64,000 nt of DNA, taken from Guillardia theta CCMP2712 (Eukaryota > Protista > Cryptophyta). Shown in pieces: positions 22,272-32,489 of this stretch; the first letter of the stretch is position 1, and every line of letters begins with the position of its first letter. The notes beneath the pieces are model-generated. The model saw nothing but the letters and a program-made list of their open reading frames with translations, was not told where the DNA came from and searched no databases. The translations under genes and the position numbers were made by a program. The stretch lies in contig NW_005434626.1 of assembly GCF_000315625.1 (NCBI RefSeq), positions 445,448-509,447 on the forward strand, in the 5' to 3' direction.

Positions 22272-24296
22272 TCAGCGTCCGATGAGGTTGCGAACTTTGA
22301 TGTACCGCATGTGCGACTGCGTGTTCTCCAGCGCCGCCATGGACATGAGGGTGAGGCGGACTTCGGAGATGTGGCCTTGTACGCCCAGCAGGACCGCCTC
22401 CTTGGTGCGCAGCCGGACGTTGACCGTGACATCTCTCCTGCCGAAGTAGTCGGAGAAGCTATCTGTCCCTGACATCTTGTCCGTGATCCTCACGATCTCC
22501 GTGTCGACGTCGTTCTTGATGATGTCAAGACACTTGCACACGCTTGCGATGTCGTCGAAGACCAGAGTCTGCCGGCAGATGTCACGAAGCCGCGAGACGT
22601 CGCCGCCGTAACATCGCACTGCCTTCTCGATCGCTCGAGTCTCGCTCTTTGTGTCCGCCCACTTGACAGACGATAGCATATCCTGGTACTTGCAAGCCTC
22701 CTCCCACAGCACGAAGGTGTCCTTTTCCGAGTTCCCAGCCAACGAGACGTATCCTCGTGACAGCATCGCCCATCGCTGAACCTTGGCAAGGAGGATGTAC
22801 TGCATGCTTGCTGCCTGCGCAAACAGCCGGTCGAGAGACAGCACGGCATTGCCAAATAGCGAGGAGTGCCATGCTTGCTTCCTCCAAACAGGAGGGGCGA
22901 CAGGGACTTCGATCTCCGACTCTACTGAGGTGTAGGACACCGACGTCCGAACCCGCTTTATCGAGTCCTCCTGCCGCGCACTCTTGTTCTGGCAGCTCTT
23001 GCTGATCTCCTTGGACATTTCCCGCAGCGAGTCGAGCTGCTCGTCCTGCCCAAGGTACTCCAACACGATCTTCCAACCGGCATCGTAACGAGCCTTGTCT
23101 TGCATCACGAGGTTCAGGCTGGTGTAGGTCACGTGAAATCTGTAGAGGAGGATGAACAAGCTTGCAAGCGAGACTATCAAACCGACTTTCACAAAATTGG
23201 GGTAAGACATCAGGAGCCCCAGCACCAGCCACCCGAAGAAGGTGAGGAGCGAAGCCGTCCAGTAGTACATCTCATTCTCGAAGAAGAAGATGATAACGAA
23301 CACGCTGAACGAAGAGAAGGCGAGCAGAAGCGTACTCGTCCGATTATCACGATCCATGTAGGCAATGAGACAGAGAGTAACCACAATAATCAAGATACCA
23401 TATTGCATCCAAATCTTGCCAATGTGCTCTCGCCTCAACAAGCCCAGCACAGCAGGTACACCGAGTGACAGAGTCCTCATCAACGCCATGAGAAGGATGA
23501 GAAGCATCTCTACACTCGGAGCGCTGAGATCGAAGCTTTCCACATAGTTCCTTGCCATGGAAGTGTTGTAGTCACCTTGGCCGAACTTGAAGATGGCAAG
23601 GTCGCCAGTGTTGACTGCCAGCAGATCCACCTGGTATTGCGAAGCCCCGATGATCGTCCATTCTTGTCTGTCGTGAGATCCAGAGACAGTGAAGGATGTG
23701 GGATCGCGTTCTGTCATGTTGTCAGATGTTATGAAATAGAAGCCGTTGCTCTGCACTGGGAATTCGTAGTCGAGGTTGATGGTACCGTTCTTGTGAACCT
23801 GATACTGACCGATCAAGCCGGGCTGTCTCAAGTCATGGACTACATCTCCTCCATCTCTCATCATTCCAAAGTGTTTGACGTTCGGGCTCCCGACTGACTT
23901 GTTCTCTCTCTCTCTCAGTACTGCAAACTTGAAATGGCGATATGTGGTGTAACCATTGTTGAAATACTTTCTTGTCCAAACTGTCGTCAACGAAAGATAC
24001 ATACTTGAGATGGCAAGCAGGATTAGGAGAAATCCTTTTCTGCTAAGCGCCGCTTGCATAGGCCGCGCACAGAAGAAAACACTTGCATCCGGCCCACGAT
24101 GCATGTTTTCTATGTAATATATCAATTTTGTGTCCAAGCTTACTCTCTGCTCCACAAGTTTGCGAAAGTACTTCCGCATAGCCAGACATCTTTTAGACCA
24201 GCATCTGTGAAGACTTTCGATAGTTGACAGCCTCTTTGACTGAAATGGATAGCGAAATCCGTGCAGAAAATCAACAAGTTCATGCTCGCCCGACAT
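22272..24296 (-). CDS. Intronless 674-aa multipass membrane protein: TM1, extracellular discoidin/galactose-binding-like domain, 5 TM helices, cytosolic RelA/SpoT-type nucleotidyltransferase domain
   Basis: Hydrophobic helices at aa ~89-107 and ~262-385. The loop has ERDPTSFTVSGSHDRQEWT and four N-glycosylation sequons. C-terminus has KSETRAIEKAVRCYGGDVSRLRDICR...GRRDVTVN...HISEVRL...HMRYIKVR. Confidence 0.8.
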   Translation of the reverse strand: MSGEHELVDFLHGFRYPFQSKRLSTIESLHRCWSKRCLAMRKYFRKLVEQRVSLDTKLIYYIENMHRGPDASVFFCARPMQAALSRKGFLLILLAISSMYLSLTTVWTRKYFNNGYTTYRHFKFAVLRERENKSVGSPNVKHFGMMRDGGDVVHDLRQPGLIGQYQVHKNGTINLDYEFPVQSNGFYFITSDNMTERDPTSFTVSGSHDRQEWTIIGASQYQVDLLAVNTGDLAIFKFGQGDYNTSMARNYVESFDLSAPSVEMLLILLMALMRTLSLGVPAVLGLLRREHIGKIWMQYGILIIVVTLCLIAYMDRDNRTSTLLLAFSSFSVFVIIFFFENEMYYWTASLLTFFGWLVLGLLMSYPNFVKVGLIVSLASLFILLYRFHVTYTSLNLVMQDKARYDAGWKIVLEYLGQDEQLDSLREMSKEISKSCQNKSARQEDSIKRVRTSVSYTSVESEIEVPVAPPVWRKQAWHSSLFGNAVLSLDRLFAQAASMQYILLAKVQRWAMLSRGYVSLAGNSEKDTFVLWEEACKYQDMLSSVKWADTKSETRAIEKAVRCYGGDVSRLRDICRQTLVFDDIASVCKCLDIIKNDVDTEIVRITDKMSGTDSFSDYFGRRDVTVNVRLRTKEAVLLGVQGHISEVRLTLMSMAALENTQSHMRYIKVRNLIGR

Positions 24297-26003
24297 TGAT
24301 CCGCAGTTCCCAGGGTGGGTCTGCTATCCCTTGTACAAAAATTGTCCAGAATGACTTGGTAGTTAATATATCCAGACTATGCTGCCCTCAAGAGAAAGGA
24401 AAAGGAGCTTCCCACCAACCCCTGCTTTTCTGTCATCAACATCCACTTAAGAAGCTCTCTAGACTGTTGTTGCGCAACTACCCTTCCTCTTGCTCGTTCT
24501 GATTGTTGTTTCTTCTCATTTCAAGCACAAATCCGATCGTCCTCATTGTTTGTTCGAACCGCGCTTGCTCTTTACTACAAAACGCAGGCTCTCCTCACCA
24601 CTCCATTTTGCCAGCAGCACCGCACCCACCCATACCCTCTGAACTAGAACACCCTACCCCGCCCCACCATGAAGATTTTAGTCCCCGATACTACTACACC
24701 CCCTTTCTCATGTCAGTACCCCTTCCTATTCCATACTACCCACCCCATAGTCATAACTTCTTGCGAGGGATTCATCAGAGACCCCCTGTTTTCCTATCCA
24801 AAAGGTAGGTCAGTTGAGACCCTACCACGGGACTCAGCTGTTATGTGAGGAAAACCACCCCAGTACCCCTCTTTCACCACACCCACCCTATGATACTACC
24901 CCCTCGACCAGACCCTCTAGGAAGAGGACCCAATAATGTCCTACAATGGTTAACATAGCCCTCATCCCCCCTCGTGAATTATCCATCCCCCAACCCCCAC
25001 CCCCATTTCTATCCCCAATCCTGGTACTGTAACCACCCACCCGACATGCTTACGGAGGTTTCAACCGACGCGGTTCGCGCTATCCCAGTGGTAAAAACTC
25101 TCAATATTAACTAAAACCTTGGGCATGTCTGCGACCCTTTGAAGTTTGCCAACTTGCCAATCGTTTCCAGTTCAGTCACTGCCGCGGAGCCCGCCGCCCG
25201 GCCGGGCACTGGCGGGCCGGTGACAGCCCGGCGGGCTTTCCGGGCCCGGGACGCCATCCCAGGAGTCGGCGGCTCCGGGGGTCCATCACGGCCGCCCGCC
25301 GCGGCGGCGCGGGAGGCTCGGCGTCACCGTGCGCGGCGCGGCGCCGCGGCACCGGCCGCAGCCCGGCCCGGCACCGCGCACCGTACTGTAGCACAGGCTG
25401 TGACTCAGCGGCGCCGCCGGGCGTTGCCGGCGCCGGGCTGGCACCGTCCGCACTGCACGGCCCGGCCGCGGTACGGTCAGTGATTCCGAGGCAGTGCGGC
25501 AACGGTCTGCCACCGGCGGTAACGGAGGCCGCGCTTCAGTTGGTAACTTTCAAGCGGCGGCGCCGGGCCGCGGTACGGTCACGCCGGCGGTCCGCCGGGG
25601 CAACCGTCCAACCGTTCGGATGCCATCAACTTGGCAAGTTGGCAACTTGATGCCGCGGACTCGGACGCGGCGGGTGACTGACCGTCAGTCACGAGTCGGA
25701 GCCAGCGACCGTGACCGTCCGACTCTGGCAAACGTTGCTGCCGCAGACCGGGTGCGGACAGAAGTTTGTGGTCAGCCTTCCGAAGCCACGGTGTATGTCA
25801 ATAAGTCATATCTGAGTGCGAGTCAACGACCGCTACAATGAAACAAGACAATAGCCTGTGTTGTTGACTGAGAGTGCAATCAGCCGCTGAGCTGCAGATT
25901 TAGTACAACTTGACTGAAGCAGATTACGGTGTCAGACAGGAAGGGAGCACTGTGAGCTTTTATATACTTCAAGGAAAGTATCGTAAGTTTATTTCCAAGA
26001 ATC

Positions 26004-26834
26004 TCAACTGTGAGTGCGCATAAGATTGAATTGCTCGCTCATTGCTGTTGCCCCGAAGCTTTGCGTCCGGGAAATATCAAACTCACGGGGAGCATCCACA
26101 GACCCTGAGACACCCGAATCGATCATGTCGAAGCATTCTGCCCACGAGACTTTGAAAGTTTCACCCCATGAGTAGTTTTGCCCAGAACATGATGAAGTTC
26201 TGTATGATTTCGGTGTGCTAACCTTCTTCTTGCCGATCGATCCAGAGCTATTTCGTCGTACAGCATACCCAGCTTCAGATGACTTGCTAATGGGGCGTCG
26301 TGAACTGGGAGTCGAGACCTCTTCCACATATTCGGCGCTGTCTTTTGGAATTTCGTACATGACAACATTCTCAGGGCTTGGAGAAAGCTCATAGATAGTG
26401 TCGATCTTGTGAGGGATATCGATGCTGATCTTTGAGAAACTTGGCTGTCGACGCATTGAAGAAGATGCTACTCTGCTCACCCCATCTTGAGTTGCGCTCG
26501 ATCGCGATCTTGTGATAGGGCCAGTATAACATTGTGCAGATGGAGAACGCTGGATGGGATCTATAGATCTTTTCCTGTTGTCTGAAAGCATCTTGTGTGC
26601 TACGACATGCCTGGCACTATGAGCGTCTGCAAAATGCTCGTGACTTGGATCTGTCTCATTCTGATAGCAGCTTTTCAAGGATTGTGCTATAACATTTGCA
26701 TAGAATCTGCTTGAAGATGAAATTTTCTTGGAATTGCCTCGCCCATCAACTGACCGTTCATTGCGTCTCTTCTGAGGAACTAGTCTTGAAGCCAGCCCGT
26801 TTGAGGGAGACGGCAAAGCGACCATGGTGGACAT
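26004..26834 (-). CDS. Hypothetical Ser/Arg-rich, probably disordered protein (~276 aa, intronless)
   Basis: Long open frame from MSTMVALP. No recognisable domain. Confidence 0.6.
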   Translation of the reverse strand: MSTMVALPSPSNGLASRLVPQKRRNERSVDGRGNSKKISSSSRFYANVIAQSLKSCYQNETDPSHEHFADAHSARHVVAHKMLSDNRKRSIDPIQRSPSAQCYTGPITRSRSSATQDGVSRVASSSMRRQPSFSKISIDIPHKIDTIYELSPSPENVVMYEIPKDSAEYVEEVSTPSSRRPISKSSEAGYAVRRNSSGSIGKKKVSTPKSYRTSSCSGQNYSWGETFKVSWAECFDMIDSGVSGSVDAPREFDISRTQSFGATAMSEQFNLMRTHS

Positions 26835-28192
26835 TATTGGATTATGGTAGAATAGCAGTAGGGTATCGGATGGGAAACAATACAAAGAGGAGTGAAAGAG
26901 GGGCAAACAGGCAGAGAGAGCGTGGCGGAGGGCGTGGAGAGGTCGGATTTGGATCTTGAAAGGGTAAGGGAGTCAATTGATGTGTGTGGAATCGGGGATG
27001 GGGTGGGGTGAGGAAATGTGGTGAAAGGCAAATGATGGGGTGGGGTACGGTCCTCCGAGCCGAACAAAAACAATCATGACGAAAGGGGTTCATGGGGTGG
27101 TCATGATCACGGTACTTTCACTATGCAGCTACGGGTACAAATTCCAGATCTGCTCTCAGATTAGGGGTGGGGTCATACTCAAAGTCAAATTTCGTGTTGG
27201 GGGTCCACACTGCTTTCTATATTCAGAAATTACACAATACAGGGTAGGGTACAGTAAGATATGGGGTGGGGTATGTTTCGATGATACTGAAAACGAAACT
27301 TTTTGGTTTGCGTGTGGTAACTATGGTACTACACGGATGTTCCGTCGTTGTTAGGAGGAAAACAGGGTGGGTAGAACCTCCCCGTGAATGAGAAGGGGTG
27401 GACGGTCTACTTCAACATGGTGGTGTAGTAAAGAATGCTGCTGAAAGAGGCAGGGGTGAGGGAAAGGGTCGAACGATCATATGTCAGCTTGAGAAAAGGC
27501 TAAGGTACAGGGCCTCACAAGGGCACAACTGGGGTAAAAGCCGATTATGACCGGTGGTGAGTGAAGGGGACGGGTGCTGAAAGTTGGCGGGATGATCACA
27601 TGAAAAGAAAGGGGCGACAGGGGTACCAAAATGGAAAAAATATGGTCAGCGCTCTGAGTAAGAGAGGTGGACCATTCCACCGGTCCTTTTAACCTAATTA
27701 GGACGGGATAAATTTGAAATTTTGTGGAAGTCGCAAGAGTGGAAAGGGTAGGGTTATCCAGGCAGAAAACTTACTTTATAATGGTTTTATGGTGTCGTAA
27801 AACTTGGTCATCATTCAGAAACCGAGATTTTTTGATACGTGAGGGTTGAAAACAGCTACCGGTCCATTTAATGGGGATTTGGGGGTGATGAGAATACCTC
27901 CTGGAAGTACCCATCAAGAAGTACTCCAAAAGAGGGGTAGCTTCATACAGTTACGCATTGGAGTAAATTACCTATCACGTTACCAATCTATTTACTACAT
28001 GGATCTTGCAGTGTGACCATAGGTTTATGAGCATTTCTGGGGATCTGCTATATATCTGCAATAAAAGATTCGAGTGCTACACCAATAAATTTATGTAATG
28101 CTCTCAAAATTCCGCGATTTGCTATTTCCTAGGACCTTTCAGAAGTCTAGAACCAAGAAACATATAGCTGCCTTATAGATAATCAGCACCTT

Positions 28193-28321
28193 GGGGGCTC
28201 AAGCTTTAACCCCCTAGAGCGTTGAACAGTGTTCAATAAAATTCAATAGATTCGGAGGGGTTTAATAGAGCCCCCTCATCACCCAACGTTGCACCTTCCA
28301 ATAATTATTTTGCAACGTTGG
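28193..28321. repeat. Cluster of hairpins (possible MITE/non-autonomous element remnant)
   Basis: gggggctc (28193) ... gagccccc (28275) with an inner ttgaaca-g-tgttcaa. Perfect 11-bp stem ccaacgttgca (28283-28293) / tgcaacgttgg (28311-28321). Confidence 0.55.
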
Positions 28322-30354
28322 ATCTTTTTTAGGTACAAATAATTGTATGATGAGAAGGGGACAACCGATACCACGGTACAATATTCAGTAACGATATGTA
28401 GAATTACAGGTACCAGGGTACAGTTCACAAAACTACTTTTACGCCAGGGTCATGGCATGAAGGCTGTTTACTCCAACTCAGGCATGACAGCGGCCTGCAG
28501 GAAAGAGGCCACGGTTGTCTCTCACTTACGCCGGTCCGATTGCACAGGCAGCCCAGCCGACACCGGGTCACGTCCCACGCCGGTGGATGCCTCCGACGAG
28601 CCTCCGAGAGCGGCCACGCCCGGCGGCTCGCCGCCGCCCGCGGCTGCCAGGCTGGCCGGCACCGCGTGCCATGCACGCGGCACCCCGGCTACAGTGAAGG
28701 TGACTCAGGACTCGGGAGTAAAGGGCGTGACTCGGTACGGTCCGACCGTACCAGGCCCACGGTGACCGGACAGGCTCAGCGGCTTGAAGTCGAGCCTTCG
28801 GAGGCTGTCCCTTTACTCAAAGCTTGACTTTGTGAAGCGGCTTGCCTTGCACTGGGGGAACTTAGTTGAGAAGGCCATGAGACGGCGCGGTCCGACCGGA
28901 CGAACTTCAAGTTAGCACGGGCTGTAAACAGACTCCCGAAACCGCTTTACTACCACGGTTACTACACCGTACGGCTACCGTAGTCACCGTACCGTACTCA
29001 GTGCCCCCCGGGCCCGCCAGCCGGCCCGGCCCGGGCCACGGCTGCGGCACACCGGGCGTCACGTGGTGTGGGCCCGGCAGTCCGTCACCCGGGGCCGCGT
29101 GGCATAGTTTCAAGTCCGCCGGGTCAGTTTACTAAGTTACTAGCGGCTTCACTTAACCAGTAACGGAACCGTGACGACGGTTTGGCAAGCTTGAAGTTGA
29201 GTAAAAGAAACCAGCGGCTACTCAGACGCCGGGGCCGCACTGCACAGCGGCACTGTCAGGTAGCCGCCCGGTACGGTAGACCCGGTTCAAAGTTTCAAGT
29301 TCATCATTCCTGAGCCGGGCCGCCCGGCCCCGGCCGCGGCCCGGCGGCGGCCGGGGCTACCGGCGTACTAACTTATAGTAAGTTGCCAAGCCTAGTTGCC
29401 AAGTTGCCTTCTTTACTCAAAGTTAAGTTAAAAATCAGTACGAGGACAATGCCACCGTGACTCGGAGCCTCGGACTCCGGGAGTGCTGACTCACTGTCAG
29501 CGGCGCCGCGGCGGCCAAGGCCCTGAGGCCCGGCCTGATCCGGCCTGAGGTTAGCTCGTAAGTTTTTATATTGAGTAAATGTTTCACATGACGAAGAGAC
29601 GTCTGGCATGGAGGGAGTTACGCAGGTAATGACGAGCAGGAGAAGGGGAAGGGAAGGGAAGGGAAGGGAAGACAGGAGGAGACGAGAGGGAAGAGGAAAG
29701 AAGGAAGAGGAGAACTCGAAAGGAGAGCAGAGCAGAGTGCAGAGAAAGAGAAGTTGAGAATAATGGTGAGAAGATAACATGGTGACCAATGCAGATAGGA
29801 AACAGGAACGTGAGGCAAGGGAGAAAGGGAAGGGGTGCATAGGAGAGGAAGGGTGAACAAAGTATGATTGAATGGGGAGGGTGCGATGAGGAGTTACCTT
29901 GCGAGGGAGAATAGCGGGGAGAACGTTGTCAGAGTATCTAGTAAATGGCTTGAGTATCAGAGGAGAGCAGGAAATAAGAAAGGATGAGTCAGGCTTCATC
30001 AAATCTAGCTCAGGATCGAGCAGTGCGATTATTTTCCAAGAGTTGTAGCTGTAGTGGAGGAAAGTTGCAAGACGTTTTGCATTGAAGAGAGCTCTTAACA
30101 GTAATACAGAACCACGAACCGCCATTTTAATTGTCATTGTGTTGATACCATGTTTAGTGAATGCTCAGACGCACTCGAATACAAACTTGAGAAGATGATA
30201 GGAATAGATGCATTGAAGGGTCTAAAGTCATTGTCTTGTACATATCGGTCACAACATGAACTACATTTGACCATCATTTCATTCGGATGATCCTTGTGTT
30301 TTATAGATCGCTGCGGAGCGGAGGCCTCCTGTAGACAGTCGTCCTGCTAAGGAG

Positions 30355-32453
30355 ATGAGATATGGGTAAGAGCACATCCCACCTCGTGTTTTAAGTTCAT
30401 TTTCTCACCATTGCACTTGTCGCGCACAGATTCATTGGTCTTGTTGTATTTGTAGCCTTGGCCGCTACAGGTGGGCAATTCAATCTCGTGCCAATGCTGA
30501 AAGCGTTGACTTTTCTTTAGTTTTTTTAGTGGATAGGGCGGATCTTAACATCGGTCCCAGCGCTGATTTGTCAGCATGTTTCCTCACCCTGCTACAGGTC
30601 CGAGCGTCCTTGTGGATAGCAGGAAGGGAGAACTAGTTCGAATTCAGAGCGGCACTCCTATCGTCCTTAACAGAGGGAGGAAGGTAGAAGAGAAGAAAGT
30701 TCTAGGGGCGATGGGGACGCTAGAGAGCAAGTTGAGGTTTGCCATGCCCTCGTTGACAGCCCGGTGGCTCTGAGGAGGAGTACAGGAACTTGGAACAGTC
30801 AACTTCCTTCAAGATGCCCCGGAATTCGGATCTCAAGGTGGCGATACACTTTTGACTTGAGCTGCACGTTCCCTAGCTCATGATGGTACAGGTTGCCAAG
30901 GGCGAAGTGCTCAAGTTGTATCCGATTTCTGGGACTGGTTGGAGGAGTTTGTGGTTGGTATGCAAGTTTGATGGTTTGTAGGGGCCCAACATGTCAACCC
31001 GATCAATGGAAGGTGCTTGTATGGGAAGGACAAAAGTACTCTCAACATCTCCGAGCTCTTGTCATCCCTCACTTGCGCGCTCGTACAGGGACGGGAGAGT
31101 GCAGATTGTATCCGTATCCACGATACACCATGGAAGGGAAACTGAATCTACCTCCTCCTCGTGGACCTCCAGACGATAACGGCTACAGGTAGTCGATCGC
31201 CGCGGAGCTCTTTGGTCCTGACTGTCATTGTCCTGCGTTGAACAGGTCGAGCCCTCCTGTCAAGTTTCCGAAGGCGTTGATGTCAGTAGCGGGGGAGATT
31301 GAAAGGAAGTCAGGGGACTTGGACTTTCAAGAGAAGGTTGGCAGGATGACGGGCCGAATTCCGACTGAATGGCCCCGGCAGGTGAAACAGGAGATGCAGC
31401 AGAACGAGGCCATCATGGAGGCGCTTCAGAAACATGTGAGATGGCAGTTGAGAGTGTGAAGGTGCTCAGGCCTCTTGCAGATTCTCAAGCAGGAATCCAC
31501 CATCTCAGAACAGGAGGCAGATCTTCAGGTTTCCGTTGAGCTTAATCATTTCCGTTTCTGAAGAGAAGTTGAAGATGTTACAAGATGAAGTCAAGCTAGC
31601 TAAGGACAGGTACTTCTCTTGCTCGACTGGAGCATACGGAGGGGACTAACTGCAACATGACAGGGTCAGCACTGAGCTTGAGAACTTCAAAGACGACATC
31701 AAGGACAAGATCAAGAAGAAGGCAAGCCAGGTCCTCTTACCTCATCTCTTCTCTTCCTTCTTGACGTTTCTTGTAGGTTGGCCCTGAAGGCCCTGAGGGT
31801 CTTCGCGGTCCTCCAGGCATGGATGGCTTCCCAGGAAGGTTGGTCTCCTCTCAGTCTACCGCCCTCTCCCTTCCTCTTCTCTACTCATGACTTCCGCCCT
31901 CTCCCTTCCACTTTCTCTCTCCCTTTCATTGCTCCATCCTGTGCCATCTCATCGCTCTCGGCTTCTTCTCTGTCACCGGGGCTGCTCTCGTCCCCCTTAT
32001 CGCGTGGAGCAGGCCAGGTGATGCTGGTGATCCTGGCCCTACTGGTCGTCCAGGCATTCCAGGCCCTCCAGGACCACCAGGTAGGATGCAGCAAACCCCT
32101 TCTCCCTCCTTCCTCCCCCCCTTTCTCCCTTCCCCACCCCATGCTTGCTGCCCATCCTTCTCCCTTGCTCACCCCTTCTTTCTTCCCCCTCCTCCCTCCC
32201 CTTCATTCTACTCTCCCTCCTTCCTCTCTCCTCTTCGACCAATTTCCTGTTCCTTCTCAACTTTCTGCTCTAGGGCCTCAGGGAGAGATGGGAGGCAACG
32301 GAGATCGCGGGACACCAGGACGACAAGGCAGGGAGGGTCCTCCGGGTCCTCCGGGTGAGCCTTTCCGCCATCGTACCAACTGAACTGACGACATTTGCAG
32401 GCCCCCAGGGCTACAGGGCGGTGGATCCGGCTTGTCGCTTCGGTGGATGCTAA
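30355..32453 (+). CDS. Collagen-like secreted or type II membrane protein (signal/anchor, coiled coil, 25 Gly-X-Y triplets, C-terminal CRFGGC); ~13 exons
   Basis: MRYG|FIGLVVFVALAATG. Coiled coil QEMQQNEAIMEALQKH...ELENFKDDIKDKIKK. The Gly-X-Y register is preserved across three introns (31778-32453). Confidence 0.8.
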
Positions 32454-32489
32454 GAAGAATTAAACTCCTTGTGCTCCTTCACTCCCTCG

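Noticed and set aside
25139-25841. Ala/Arg/Pro/Gly-rich ORFs here and at 28343-29113, 36093-36568 and 62759-63751
   Set aside because: Stop-poor GC-rich palindrome patches with overlapping ORFs on both strands and no domain signal.
29373-30137. 254-aa minus-strand ORF
   Set aside because: Largely pyrimidine-tract and patch sequence with no domain.
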